The notes: a model not told the origin generated them from the sequence alone. Shown: positions 20,772 to 31,052, counted from the stretch's first letter. The stretch: DNA of 64,000 nucleotides from an uncultured bacterium (GCA_963727525.1 CAVSGO010000004.1:15178-79177), one strand, 5' to 3'. Numbers and translations are program-made.

Positions 20772-21820
20772 ACCGGCTTCCCGTCAGCCAGGATCTTGTC
20801 GTGCCACATGGACTCGACCAGCTTGACGACGCCGTCGGGAATGGGCACGTAGTGCAGGTCCTCCGACGCAGGGTTCGGATTGCGGTAACACCAGTCGAAG
20901 AACTTGAGTACCTGACGGGCCGTCTCGGCATTCGTCTGCTGCTTGTGCATCAAGATGAACGTGGCGCCGGTGATCGGCCAGCTCTCCGTGCCCGGCTGGT
21001 CCGTGAGCACCATGTAGAAGCCGGCGGCGTGCGCCCAGTCGGCGCCGGCCGCGGCCGCCTGGAAGGCTCCGGACGTGGGGCTGACGTAACTTCCCTCGTG
21101 GTTGCGTAGCTTCACGTTGGCCATCTTGTTCTGCAGGCAGTAGGCGTACTCGACGTAGCCGATGGAGCCCTTCACGCGCTCCACGTACGTGGCCACGCCC
21201 TCGTTGCCCTTGCCACCCACGCCCACGGGCCAGGAAACAGCCTTGTCGTTGCCGACCTTCGACTTCCACTCGGGGCTGACCTTGCTCAGATAGTTGGTGA
21301 AGATCCAGGTGGTGCCCGAGCCGTCGGCGCGATGGACCACGGTGATGTCGGCGCTCGGGAGCGTCACGCCCGGGTTCTCGCCGGCGATGGCCTGGTCGTT
21401 CCACGTCGTGATCTTGCCGAGGAAGATGCCGGCGAGGGTCTCGCCGGTGAGGCGGATCTGGTCGGCCGCGATCCCCTCCAGGTGCACGACCGGCACCACG
21501 CCACCCATCGTCATCGGCCACTGCACGAGGCCATCGGCTTCGAGATCCTCGGCGGTGAGCGGGGCGTCGGAGGCGCCGAAATCCACGGTCTTCGCCTTGA
21601 TCTGGGCGATGCCTCCACCGGAACCGATCGACTGGTAATTCAGCTTCACGCCGGTCTTGCCCTCATAGTCGTAGGCCCAGCGCGAATAGAGCGGAAACGG
21701 GAACGTGGCGCCGGCGCCGGTGATCGTGACGTTGTCGGCCTGGACCGTGGACACGTGGTTCAGGCTCAGCAGGGCGGCGCCGAGTACCAGCGCTACCAGG
21801 AACATCGAACGCACTCGCAT
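20759..21820 (-). CDS. pstS: Phosphate-binding protein, E. coli-type (operon 1)
   Basis: GAGATFPFP, NYQSIGSGGG, DFGASD, HRADGSGTT, GKGNEGV, WPITGATF. Confidence 0.96.
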   Translation of the reverse strand: MRVRSMFLVALVLGAALLSLNHVSTVQADNVTITGAGATFPFPLYSRWAYDYEGKTGVKLNYQSIGSGGGIAQIKAKTVDFGASDAPLTAEDLEADGLVQWPMTMGGVVPVVHLEGIAADQIRLTGETLAGIFLGKITTWNDQAIAGENPGVTLPSADITVVHRADGSGTTWIFTNYLSKVSPEWKSKVGNDKAVSWPVGVGGKGNEGVATYVERVKGSIGYVEYAYCLQNKMANVKLRNHEGSYVSPTSGAFQAAAAGADWAHAAGFYMVLTDQPGTESWPITGATFILMHKQQTNAETARQVLKFFDWCYRNPNPASEDLHYVPIPDGVVKLVESMWHDKILADGKPVWTM

Positions 21821-21891
21821 GAAGGAATCCTCCCGGGAGAAGGTCGATTGCCACTCGAGGCAGCGCCTGCCGTGGCACACGCCGACAGACT

Positions 21892-21928
21892 AGTCACGGT
21901 TTGTTAGCGACTCGTTAATTTCTGGAAA
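21892..21928 (-). promoter_or_regulatory. Candidate Pho box upstream of pstS (operon 1)
   Basis: Minus strand TTTCCA-gaaa-TTAACG-agtcg-CTAACA-aacc-GTGACT; 10-11 bp period; resembles boxes at 51695 and 53658. Confidence 0.6.
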
Positions 21929-21989
21929 ATGACGCTGCGGGTGCAGGATCGGCGTTCCTGCGCCCGCAAACGACGACGATCAGGCGAAA

Positions 21990-23108
21990 TCAGCAGTGTG
22001 CCGCGATCGCGGCGGCCATCTCCATCGTCTTGGCGTCGCCGCCCATGTCGTAGGTCCGCACGTCGCCTTCGGCCAGCACGGCGGCCACCGCGTTCTCGAG
22101 CTGGGCCGCGAGGGCGGCCTCGCCGAGGAAGTCGAGCATCATCTTGGCCGACAGGATCGTGGCGATGGGATTGGCCTTGTTGAGGCCGGCATGCTTCGGG
22201 GCGGAACCATGCGTGGGCTCGAACACCGCCACCTTCTCGCCGATATTTCCGGAGCAGCCGAAGCCCAGGCCGCCCACCATCTGGGCACAGAGGTCGCTGA
22301 CGACGTCGCCGTAGAGATTGGGCGCGACCAGCACGTCGTAGTTGAAGGGGTTCTTCAGCAGCCACATGGTCATGGCGTCGATGTTCGCATCATCCATCGC
22401 GATATCCGGGTACTCCCGGGCCACGCTCTTGCCGATCTCCAGGAACATGCCGTCGGTGGCGCGCACGACGTTGGCCTTGTGCACGACCGTGACCTTCTTG
22501 CGCCCGTGCTGCCTGGCGAATTCGAACGCGGCGCGGATGATCCGTTCGCTGCCTTTGCGGGTGTTGATCTTGCACGACACCGCGAACTCGTCGCCCGGCA
22601 GCTTGGCGAAGGGCGCGAAATTCGGCGTCAGGCTATTCAGCGTGTCGCGCAGGGTGTCGGGAACCGGGTTGAACTCGACGCCGGAGTAGAGGTCCTCCGT
22701 GTTCTCGCGGAAGACGACGATGTCGATACCTTCCCTGAAGTTCAGGGGGTTGCCTGGATAGGCCTTGCAGGGGCGCAGGCAGACGAAGAGATCGAATCGC
22801 TGGCGCATCCGCACGATGGGCGATCGGTACACGAGGCCCGTGCCGCGCAGAGCCGGCGCGAGTTCGGCTTCCGCGGCCTTCACCGGTTTCGACGTGATGG
22901 CGCCGAACATGGCCGCGTCGACGTCCTGTAGGAGATCGATCGTGCGCGCCGGCAGGGGGTCGCCTTCCTGGCACCAGAACTCCCAGCCGATGTCGCCGTG
23001 GACGTACTCGGCCGCGAAGCCAAGCTTGTCCAGCACGAAGCGTGCCGCCTCCATCACCTCGATGCCGATGCCATCGCCGGGCAGCCAGCCGATCCGGTAC
23101 TTCGCCAT
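21990..23108 (-). CDS. Isocitrate/isopropylmalate dehydrogenase family protein (substrate uncertain)
   Basis: LPGDGIGIEV, FRENTEDLY, VHKANV, NLYGDVVSD, FEPTHGSAP, ANP, RTYDMGG. Confidence 0.92.
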   Translation of the reverse strand: MAKYRIGWLPGDGIGIEVMEAARFVLDKLGFAAEYVHGDIGWEFWCQEGDPLPARTIDLLQDVDAAMFGAITSKPVKAAEAELAPALRGTGLVYRSPIVRMRQRFDLFVCLRPCKAYPGNPLNFREGIDIVVFRENTEDLYSGVEFNPVPDTLRDTLNSLTPNFAPFAKLPGDEFAVSCKINTRKGSERIIRAAFEFARQHGRKKVTVVHKANVVRATDGMFLEIGKSVAREYPDIAMDDANIDAMTMWLLKNPFNYDVLVAPNLYGDVVSDLCAQMVGGLGFGCSGNIGEKVAVFEPTHGSAPKHAGLNKANPIATILSAKMMLDFLGEAALAAQLENAVAAVLAEGDVRTYDMGGDAKTMEMAAAIAAHC

Positions 23109-23232
23109 CTCAGGTCCTTTCGCCGTCATATCGCGCGGTCGAGCGTCCGGGGCGCCAGCCGGTGGCCGACGCCCTTGCCATGATCGAGCCAAGATAGCTG
23201 CCGGGACGGGCGGGTTCAAACCCCTACGACGG

Positions 23233-24498
23233 TCAGTTGTCGTCGGCGTGGATGGTCTGCTCCGCCACGGCGCGCAGGGCCTCGATCCGCGGCGTGGCGG
23301 CGAGGATGCGATTGCGCGCATCCAAGCGGTGGGTCAGCGAGATCGCGATCGCCGCGTAGAGGATCGGCAGAGCGAACGCCAGATAGCGTCGCCAGCGCCG
23401 TACGGCGAGCAGCTTGAAGGTTCCCAGGGCTCCGGCGCTGAGCGTGACGCAGAACCCCAGGCTTGCGAGGTAGAGGTGCCCCAGATTGAGCCAGCGGCCC
23501 GACTGGGAGAAGCCGCTGAACGGTAGCAGCGTGATGAACGTCCAGGCGATGAAGAAACGAAGCGGGTTGTTCCCGAAGACGAAGCCGAAGACGCTGAACG
23601 ACACGATCGCCAGGGTCAGGAGCGGATAGACGAGAATCCGCACCTCGAAGAGCTTGTGCATCACCGGTCCTGCCGCGGCGAGCAGGTTGCTCTCCTGCAG
23701 CGGCAGCAGCATGAGATTGAGATAGCGGAAAATATTTTCGACCGACGTGAGGGTATACGACACGGGCCCGGCATCGGCCACCATCACGGTCGGGCCGCGA
23801 TAGCCGAACTGCGCCTGGCCGATCTGGAAGACGAGTCCCACGACGAGGAATACGATGAGATCGACCGAGAGGATCGTCCGCCGGCCCCGGCGCACGTAGA
23901 AGAACGCCTTGTAGGCGATCAGGCAGCCGAGGATCGACATGGTCGACGCCTTCGTCAGACCGGCCAGACCGTAGAACAGGAGCCCCATCAGGAAGTACCA
24001 CGAACGCACCCGCCCCTCGCCGCGGAAGTCGTTGCGGATGAAGAGATAGAGCACGAGAAGATGGAAGAATCCGAGGAGGAGGCCCTCGAGGCCGGTCACG
24101 GATTGCAGCAGCCGGCCGTAGCTTCCCACGCCGACGCTGAACAACAAGGCCGCCAGCAGGGCCATGCGCGGCCGGAAGAACAGCAAGTTCACCAGCATGT
24201 ACACGATGAAGGCGTTGAGTGTGTGCATGACGAGGTTCACGCCTATGTACCCACCATAGTGCAGGCCGAAGGCGGAGTACTCCACGAGGAAGGCGATCTG
24301 CAGCAGGAGCTGGCTGAAGTAGGCGCCGATGTGCCCGAACATGAGCCAGGGATCGTGGGCGAGGAGGTGGGCGTCCTGGATGATCTGCAGGTCCAGCGGA
24401 TCGGAGAAGGTGCCCGTCATCAGGTGGCCGAAGGCCACGAAGACCACGACAAGCAGAACCAGCAAGATCGGACCATGGACTTTCAGGTAGCGGAGCAT
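23233..24498 (-). CDS. Polytopic membrane protein, probable GT-C fold glycosyltransferase (PMT/TMTC-like)
   Basis: Acidic loop after TM1 (SDPLD), VNLVMHTLNAFIVY, GLTK, HLYLAS; many TM segments. Confidence 0.55.
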   Translation of the reverse strand: MLRYLKVHGPILLVLLVVVFVAFGHLMTGTFSDPLDLQIIQDAHLLAHDPWLMFGHIGAYFSQLLLQIAFLVEYSAFGLHYGGYIGVNLVMHTLNAFIVYMLVNLLFFRPRMALLAALLFSVGVGSYGRLLQSVTGLEGLLLGFFHLLVLYLFIRNDFRGEGRVRSWYFLMGLLFYGLAGLTKASTMSILGCLIAYKAFFYVRRGRRTILSVDLIVFLVVGLVFQIGQAQFGYRGPTVMVADAGPVSYTLTSVENIFRYLNLMLLPLQESNLLAAAGPVMHKLFEVRILVYPLLTLAIVSFSVFGFVFGNNPLRFFIAWTFITLLPFSGFSQSGRWLNLGHLYLASLGFCVTLSAGALGTFKLLAVRRWRRYLAFALPILYAAIAISLTHRLDARNRILAATPRIEALRAVAEQTIHADDN

Positions 24499-24561
24499 GG
24501 ACGCCTGATGCTTCTTGGTCAGGGGTTGATGCAGTCGAGTCCCGGTCCGTCGAAAGGTGAC

Positions 24562-26175
24562 ATGGTGGCGGCTTTTCGTCCAGTCCTCGTGCGTACTCTC
24601 CGGCTTGCGGACAGGATCGTTCCGGTTGGTCTACTGGCACTCGCTCTATTCACCAGCGCTGGCGAGGGCGGGGCCTCGGCGGCACCTGCCGCGCCGGTGC
24701 CGGGCGACGGCCCCTTCGACGTGACCCTCTTTCACACCAACGACATCCATGGCGGCTTCCTGCCCGCACCGGCGAGCTGGCGTCCGGATCGAGCCGAGGT
24801 GGGCGGCGTCGTCGCTCTGGCCCGGCACCTCGCCCACGAGCGGCGGACGGCGGCACCGGTGATGGTGATGGTGGACGCCGGCGATTTCATGACGGGCAAT
24901 CCCGTGACGGCCCTGTCTGACGACGGCGTCATCGGCACCGCCATGGCGGCACTCCTCGGCGATTTCCCGTACGACGCCGGCGTGGTCGGGAACCACGAGT
25001 TCGACACGGGGAGCGCGAACGTGGTGCGCCTGGCGGCCCGGTTCCCATATCCGCTCCTCGCGGCCGACCTCGTCGACACCGCGGGGGCTCCGCTGGTCCG
25101 TACCGAGCCCGTGGTGGTGGAGCGCGAGGGGCTGAAGATCGGCATCATGGGCGTGTCCTGCGCCTCTCTGCGCGACCTCTGCGCGGAGAGCCGTCTGGTG
25201 GACGTCGTCCTGCGCGACCAGGTGCCCGTGCTGCGTGCCCAGCTCGCCGATCTGGTGCCCCGCACCGATCTGCAGATCCTCATCACGCATGACGGCGTGG
25301 ACGGCGATCGCGACCTCGCGCATCGCCTGGCCGACACCGGACTGGACGTGATCGTCGGCGGACATAGCCACACGCGCCTGGAGGAGCCGCTGGACGTGGA
25401 CGGCATCCTCGTGGTGCAGGCCGGCAGCAATCTCAAGAATCTCGGCCGCCTCGATCTCGCCCTCGACGACGGCCACGTGACCCGGTACCGCGGGGCCCTG
25501 ATCGAGTTGACGGCCGATTCCACGGTGGGCCCCGCACCCGAGCCGCTGATCGCCGCCGTGGAGCACGACGAGGCTGCGATCCAGGAGACCTACGGCAAGT
25601 CGGTGGGCGAGCTGGCCGTGCCGTGGCGGCGCAATTCGCAAGGGGAGAGCAACCTGGGCGATTGGCTCTGCGATCGCCTGCGCGAGCGTGCCGGCGCCGA
25701 AGTCGCCTTCGTCAACAGCGGTGGGATCCGGCGCGGACTCGAACCCGGTCCGATCACCCTGCTCGACATTTACGAGATGCTCCCGTTCGCCAACGCCCTC
25801 GTCGTACTCGACATGGGCGGCGGCGATCTGAGGACGATCGCTCGGGCGAACGCGCAGGCGGCGCTCGACAGATCCTATGGGATCCTGCAGGTCTCCGGTC
25901 TGACGTATGCCTACCGCGAGCTGGACGGGCGGGCGGAACTGGTGGATGTGCGTGTGGGAGGACGGCCCTTGCAGGACGGCCAGACCTACCGCGTGGCGTT
26001 ACCCGACTACGTGGCTCAGATGCGCCACGTCTACCTCGCCGACGTCGCGCTGCCGCCGTACCGCGAGGTCGGTGGCACGCTCTACGACGCGATCGTGGCC
26101 GCGCTCGCGGACACGCGAGGTCCGGTGCGCAGCGAGATCGAGGGGCGGATGCGCCAGGTCGAGACGGCCGACTGA
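24562..26175 (+). CDS. Secreted 5'-nucleotidase / UDP-sugar hydrolase (metallophosphoesterase + 5'-NT C-terminal domain)
   Basis: HTNDIHG, DAGD, GNHEFD, ITHDG, GGHSH, NSGGIR, LPFAN, QVSGL. Start uncertain. Confidence 0.92.
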   Translation: MVAAFRPVLVRTLRLADRIVPVGLLALALFTSAGEGGASAAPAAPVPGDGPFDVTLFHTNDIHGGFLPAPASWRPDRAEVGGVVALARHLAHERRTAAPVMVMVDAGDFMTGNPVTALSDDGVIGTAMAALLGDFPYDAGVVGNHEFDTGSANVVRLAARFPYPLLAADLVDTAGAPLVRTEPVVVEREGLKIGIMGVSCASLRDLCAESRLVDVVLRDQVPVLRAQLADLVPRTDLQILITHDGVDGDRDLAHRLADTGLDVIVGGHSHTRLEEPLDVDGILVVQAGSNLKNLGRLDLALDDGHVTRYRGALIELTADSTVGPAPEPLIAAVEHDEAAIQETYGKSVGELAVPWRRNSQGESNLGDWLCDRLRERAGAEVAFVNSGGIRRGLEPGPITLLDIYEMLPFANALVVLDMGGGDLRTIARANAQAALDRSYGILQVSGLTYAYRELDGRAELVDVRVGGRPLQDGQTYRVALPDYVAQMRHVYLADVALPPYREVGGTLYDAIVAALADTRGPVRSEIEGRMRQVETAD

Positions 26176-26619
26176 CCCGCGGCTCGCCGGGCGGGTTGAT
26201 GTGAGGATTTCGTTTCCACGCGCCCTTTTCCGGCTACGGGATTGGTGGGAGTTCTCACGGCCGGCCCTTTTCCTGGCGTTTTTTTGTAAGTTGTTGTTGT
26301 GCAATGTTCCAGGATGATATCGCACAGGCGCTATCACGTCATCCTCATGGCCTACGCACTGGCGGTGGGGTAGGCCCCATCTTTTTCACCCTCGCGCGGC
26401 GGTGTGTGATAGCGTCGACGAAACACCGATCGGAGCGGGGACGTACGATGGAACCGCCGCCAGGACACGAAACCCAGGACCCGAACAGGAGCTGACTGGA
26501 AAGACAACGTCGCAACCGCACCGCCCCGAAGACAGCAGCTCCTTCAGGCCCCCCGATCTCCCGGGCCCCCTGCCGCGGCACCACGCTTCGGCCGCAGGCC
26601 GTCGCAAGGAGGAGCAATC

Positions 26620-27105
26620 ATGGCAGCGCACATTTTCAGTGTCGATTACTACTACACGATGGTCGAGGACCAGCCTGGGCAGGGCTGCCGGTTTCTCAAG
26701 GTCCTCGCATCGGAGGAAGTGAATCTCCTTGCCTTCAATGCGTTTCCCCTCGGACACGACAAGACCCAGCTCGTGATCTATCCTCTGAACGCCACCTGGC
26801 TGGCCGAGGTGGCGCGCCGCCAGGGGCTCACGCTGAATGGCCCCCACCACGCGTTTCTCGTGCAGGGCGACGACGAGCTGGGCGCCCTGCTGACGATTCA
26901 CCAGAAGCTCTGCAACTCCAGCATCAACGTGGCGAGCAGCACCGGGGTCGTCGACGGCCGCGGCGGGTACCGCTACATCCTGCACGTGCATCCGGAGAAC
27001 TTCGAGACCGCGCAGAAGGTGCTGGGAGTCGAGCAGAATCTGCAGCGCTGGGCCGACTTCCATCTCAAGCTGCCGCGGCGATTCGAGGCCAAGGCGGTCG
27101 GCTAG
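26620..27105 (+). CDS. ACT-domain protein
   Basis: AAGGAGG RBS; VEDQPGQG..L..EEVNL and DDELGAL..L..SSINV tandem ACT-like pattern. Confidence 0.7.
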   Translation: MAAHIFSVDYYYTMVEDQPGQGCRFLKVLASEEVNLLAFNAFPLGHDKTQLVIYPLNATWLAEVARRQGLTLNGPHHAFLVQGDDELGALLTIHQKLCNSSINVASSTGVVDGRGGYRYILHVHPENFETAQKVLGVEQNLQRWADFHLKLPRRFEAKAVG

Positions 27106-27241
27106 GATGGACTCGGGGCACCCCTGACGGCGTCGCCGGCTGGCTCTCGGGGCGGGCGGCGCCGTCGTCCCGGGCTTGCCCCGACGGGGGCGCTGCGGCT
27201 ACCTTGCCACCTTGCCTGTCACGTGGCGAGGTAGCGTCCGG

Positions 27242-28051
27242 ATGATCCAGCCCACCGATATCCACGACCGTGACCGCACGACTGGTCAGGTGCGCGACCC
27301 GCAGGCCCATGCCCGGGCGGTGCGGTCGATGTTTGCGCGCATCAGTGGCGTGTACGACAGGATGAATCACCTCCTGTCGCTGAACCTCGATCGCCGCTGG
27401 CGGCGGCACGTGGCTACCCGCCTCGACGACGACGTGTGGGAGATCCTGGATCTGTGCGCCGGCACCGGCGACCTCGCGCTGGCTTGCCGCGCCGCCGGCC
27501 GCGGCCGGGCCTGGCTGGCGATGGATTTCACGCCCGAGATGCTGCGCCGCGGCAAGCCCAAGCCCGGTGGCGAGGCGCTTGCTTGGGTGGCCGGCGATGG
27601 ACTCGGCCTGCCGCTGTGCGATGCGTGTGTCGACGCCGTGGTCGTGGGGTTCGGCGTGCGCAACCTGGCGGACCTCCGGGGCGGCGTGCGCGAGATGGCG
27701 CGTGTCCTGCGGCCCGGCGGCCAGCTCCTCGTGCTCGACTTCTTTCGCGCCGATCCCGACGGCGTTGGCGAACTTCGCGGTCCGCGCCGTGCCGTCCGCG
27801 CGCTGCTCGGACTGGCGGTGCCTCTGCTGGGCCGGCTCGCAGGTGGCGACGGTGCGGCCTACGGCTACCTGCCCGCGAGCATGGATCGGTTCGTCACGCC
27901 GCGGGATTTCGGCGAGCTGTTGCGCGAAGCGGGGTTTGCGGAGATCGTCGTGGCGCGCCAGACGTTGGGCGTGGCGCATATCGTCGGTGGGCGGTTCCCC
28001 TTGCCCGCGTGGGACGGACCCGGTCAGGCTCACTCCCGCCAGAAGATGTGA
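27242..28051 (+). CDS. ubiE: UbiE/MenG family C-methyltransferase
   Basis: VRSMFARISGVYDRMNHLLS, LDLCAGTGD, FGVRN, RVLRPGG, AYGYLPAS. Confidence 0.88.
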   Translation: MIQPTDIHDRDRTTGQVRDPQAHARAVRSMFARISGVYDRMNHLLSLNLDRRWRRHVATRLDDDVWEILDLCAGTGDLALACRAAGRGRAWLAMDFTPEMLRRGKPKPGGEALAWVAGDGLGLPLCDACVDAVVVGFGVRNLADLRGGVREMARVLRPGGQLLVLDFFRADPDGVGELRGPRRAVRALLGLAVPLLGRLAGGDGAAYGYLPASMDRFVTPRDFGELLREAGFAEIVVARQTLGVAHIVGGRFPLPAWDGPGQAHSRQKM

Positions 28052-28845
28052 AAGCCGTAGTCCGTCTCCACGACCGGGGAGACGGTGTCGGGTGCCAGGG
28101 AGAAGAGCACGTCGTCGACGTCCTGGGCGAGCACCCCGGGTTCCACCAGCCCCAGGTCGCCGCAATCGAGGCGGCTGTGCGGATCGTCCGAGTACCTGCG
28201 GGCGAGTGCGCAAAGATCGGCGCCTGGCGCGGCCGCTTCCTTCTGCAATGCCGTGGCCTCGCGCAGCGCCTCGTCACGGGTACGCGTGACGCCGGCCGCG
28301 GCCTTGGACGCCTCGCGCCAGGCGACGAGAATGTGGTGGGCATGGACGCGGCGCACGGGGTCGCGACGGATCACGTGCCAGCCGTACGTCGTCTCGATGG
28401 GTTCACTGATGGCTCCTTCCGCCAGGTTGAACACCGTGGTCTCGAAGAGCGGGTCCATCTCGCCGTGATGGAAGATCCCCACGTACCCGCCGTTTCGCGC
28501 CACCGTGGGGTCGTCGGAATACTTGCGCGCCAGGTTGGAGAAATCGCCGCGCCCGGTGCGCAGCAGCACCGCGATGTGGCGTGCGCGTTCCTCGGCCTGC
28601 GCGCGGGTGCGCGTGACGCCTGCCGGACAGTCGCGGCAGCCGGTGTAGGCCACGAGAATGTGGCTGGCCGCTGCCTCCTCGACGCCCTTCGCCGTCGCGC
28701 GCGCTTGCGCCTCGTTGGTTTGCCGCGCCGCGGCGTGGTGGCTCGAAAGGCGGCAACCGACGAGCAAAGACATCGATGCGAGACCAGCCAGACTCGCCAG
28801 CAGGATGCACCGTGATCGTGGGGATGTGTGGTGTTTCGTGATCAT
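28030..28845 (-). CDS. Parvulin-type peptidyl-prolyl isomerase lipoprotein, two PpiC domains
   Basis: Lipobox LLVGC; ASHILV..LARKYSDD..GG..ETTYGWHVI and AHHILV..LARRYSDD..ETDYGFHI. Confidence 0.9.
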   Translation of the reverse strand: MITKHHTSPRSRCILLASLAGLASMSLLVGCRLSSHHAAARQTNEAQARATAKGVEEAAASHILVAYTGCRDCPAGVTRTRAQAEERARHIAVLLRTGRGDFSNLARKYSDDPTVARNGGYVGIFHHGEMDPLFETTVFNLAEGAISEPIETTYGWHVIRRDPVRRVHAHHILVAWREASKAAAGVTRTRDEALREATALQKEAAAPGADLCALARRYSDDPHSRLDCGDLGLVEPGVLAQDVDDVLFSLAPDTVSPVVETDYGFHIFWRE

Positions 28846-28853
28846 CGTCGTGG

Positions 28854-29756
28854 TCAGGGATCCGAGGGGGGAATGTCCTCTCGTGAACCCGGACCTTGAA
28901 ACTTGGGCTCGCCGGCGAGTTCCAGAATTCGCGACGCCAGGATGTGGTAGATCTGTAATTCCCAGTTCACCATGCCGGCCCGCAGGTGGAGCTGACGCAG
29001 GTAGGTGAGGAACTTGCGGCGTTCGAATTCCGTGTACGCGAGCGCTTCCATGGCGGCCGCCAGGTGGCCGTACATGGTGTCCAGCTCGAGCTGGGTCGGC
29101 AGCCGCGTGGTGCGGTGGGGATGGCGCACCGACATCTCCGGCCGCGGCGGCGGAGCGCCGGCGCGGGTGCCGATGCCCACCCAGTCTTCCTTGCCCTGGG
29201 TCCGAAGCCAGGCACGCCGCACCTCCCACGCATAGAGCATCACCGCCTGCGCCAGGTTGAGCGATGGCTGGCTCTCGTCGGTGGGCACCATCGAGAGAAA
29301 GCGGCAGATGTCGACCTCGTCGTTCGTCAGACCCGTGCGCTCGGTCCCGAAGAGGATGGCGACACGTCCCTCGCGGGCGTGTGCCACCACGCGATCGGCG
29401 AGATCGTGGGGCGGCAGCAGCGCGCTCTTGCGCAGTTGGCGCCGCCGGGCCGTGGTGCCACAGACCACCTGGCAGTCGGCGATCGCCTCGTCGATCGTGC
29501 CCACGACCTCCGCCGCCTCGAGCACGTCCTCCGCCCCGTGAGCGAGGGACCGCGCAGTGCGGCCCTTGGGGTTGAGGGGATCGATCAGGCGCAGGCGCGT
29601 CAGGCCCATCGTCTTCATCGCTCGGCACGTTGCGCCGATGTTTGCGGGTTCGGATGTGCGGCTCAGGACAATGACGACATGGTCGAGGAGCGCGGGCCCC
29701 TGCGCGCCGACTGGCGCGGCGGGTACGGTGGGTTCGGGGCGATCATCGCGGGTCAT
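28854..29756 (-). CDS. trmJ: TrmJ/LasT SPOUT tRNA methyltransferase
   Basis: NIGATCRAMKTMG, GTTAR, FGTERTGLTN, SLNLAQAV. Confidence 0.88.
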   Translation of the reverse strand: MTRDDRPEPTVPAAPVGAQGPALLDHVVIVLSRTSEPANIGATCRAMKTMGLTRLRLIDPLNPKGRTARSLAHGAEDVLEAAEVVGTIDEAIADCQVVCGTTARRRQLRKSALLPPHDLADRVVAHAREGRVAILFGTERTGLTNDEVDICRFLSMVPTDESQPSLNLAQAVMLYAWEVRRAWLRTQGKEDWVGIGTRAGAPPPRPEMSVRHPHRTTRLPTQLELDTMYGHLAAAMEALAYTEFERRKFLTYLRQLHLRAGMVNWELQIYHILASRILELAGEPKFQGPGSREDIPPSDP

Positions 29757-29762
29757 GGCGCG

Positions 29763-31052
29763 TCACGCGGTGGCGACCGCGCGGCTCAGTAGCACCAGCG
29801 TCTCGAGTTGCGCGGTCTGGGGAAACATCTCGAGAGGCCGCACGCGCTCCACCGTGTAACCACCGGCCACGAAGGCGGCACAATCGCGGGCGAGTGTGGC
29901 AGGATCGCAACTCAGATACACGACGTGTGAAGGCTGCAGGGCGGCCAGAGCCTCGGTGACGGACTTACCCAGGCCCGTGCGCGGCGGATCCACGATGACG
30001 ATCGCCGATGCCCACGGAAACGTCTCGCAAAGCGCCGGGTCGGCCAGCGCGGCCTCCACGTCGAGTGCCTTGACGGTGACGCGGCCGCGTGCGGACGTGT
30101 CGCGGCGCACATTGTTCTCGAGATCGCGCACTGCACTCTCGTTCGCCTCGACAGCCAGGACCGGATCGCCGAGATCCGCGAGGCCCAGGGCGAAGAGCCC
30201 GACGCCGCTGTAGAGATCGACGAGCGGACCCGGCGCGTCGCGCAGTTCGCCGAGCCAGGCCCGCACCGTCGTCACGGCGTCCAGCGCAGCCGCGTGGTTG
30301 CTCTGGAAGAAGCTGAGATGACTCACGCGATAGCGGTGGTCGCCCACCGACACGACGACGTAATCATGGCCCCAGACGGGCATGTTGTTGTACATCACGC
30401 CCACGAGTCCGTCCGGAAGCTGGCCCTCGGCCAGGATGCGCTTCAGGGACTTCTGCCGCTGTGGTGGTCCGTAGAGACTGAGCAACCAGCCGCCTCGCCC
30501 GTCGAGGCGCACGAGGACCTGGTCCACGGGCGGAATCTGACGCAGCCAGGGCAGGATGGTGTCCTGGAATAGCGGCGGCATGACGGCGCAGGTCTGTAGC
30601 GGCACCACGTCGTGGGACCCCCGCCGCTTCAGGCCGTAGTGGCCGGTAGGATGGGCCGTGAGGCGGATACGGTTGCGGTGTCCGAGGCTGGGACAGTCCG
30701 CGGGCGGGGGCGCCAGGTGGTCGGCCACGTCGAGCCCGCCGAGTCGGCGTAGGCAGTCGAGCAGGATCTCGCGCCGCGCCGCCGTCTGCGCCGCCTCGTC
30801 GAGGTGCTGGAGATCGCATCCGCCGCAGTCGCCATAGTGGGGGCACGGCGCGTCCCGGCGGCCCGGGCCGGGCGTCACGACACGCAGCAACTCGGCTTCG
30901 GCAAAGCCCTTGCGATTGGGGCCGATCCTGGCCTCGACCACGTCTCCCGGCGCCGTGAGCGGGACGAACACGGCGCGCCCATCGTGCCGGGCCAGGCCAG
31001 CGCCGCCGGTGACGAGCTTATCGATGGTGAGCTCGACGGTTTCTTTTTGCAT
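29763..31052 (-). CDS. TRAM-domain 23S rRNA m5U methyltransferase (RlmD/TrmA family)
   Basis: TRAM start, CPHYGDCGGCDLQH, SFFQSN, DLYSGVG, VDPPRTG, YLSCDPATLARD, MFPQT. Confidence 0.92.
   Translation of the reverse strand: MQKETVELTIDKLVTGGAGLARHDGRAVFVPLTAPGDVVEARIGPNRKGFAEAELLRVVTPGPGRRDAPCPHYGDCGGCDLQHLDEAAQTAARREILLDCLRRLGGLDVADHLAPPPADCPSLGHRNRIRLTAHPTGHYGLKRRGSHDVVPLQTCAVMPPLFQDTILPWLRQIPPVDQVLVRLDGRGGWLLSLYGPPQRQKSLKRILAEGQLPDGLVGVMYNNMPVWGHDYVVVSVGDHRYRVSHLSFFQSNHAAALDAVTTVRAWLGELRDAPGPLVDLYSGVGLFALGLADLGDPVLAVEANESAVRDLENNVRRDTSARGRVTVKALDVEAALADPALCETFPWASAIVIVDPPRTGLGKSVTEALAALQPSHVVYLSCDPATLARDCAAFVAGGYTVERVRPLEMFPQTAQLETLVLLSRAVATA

Noticed and set aside
23656-24561. Apparent 300-aa N-terminal extension of the 5'-nucleotidase
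   Set aside because: Antisense to the 23233-24498 membrane protein gene; the signal peptide starts near 24562.
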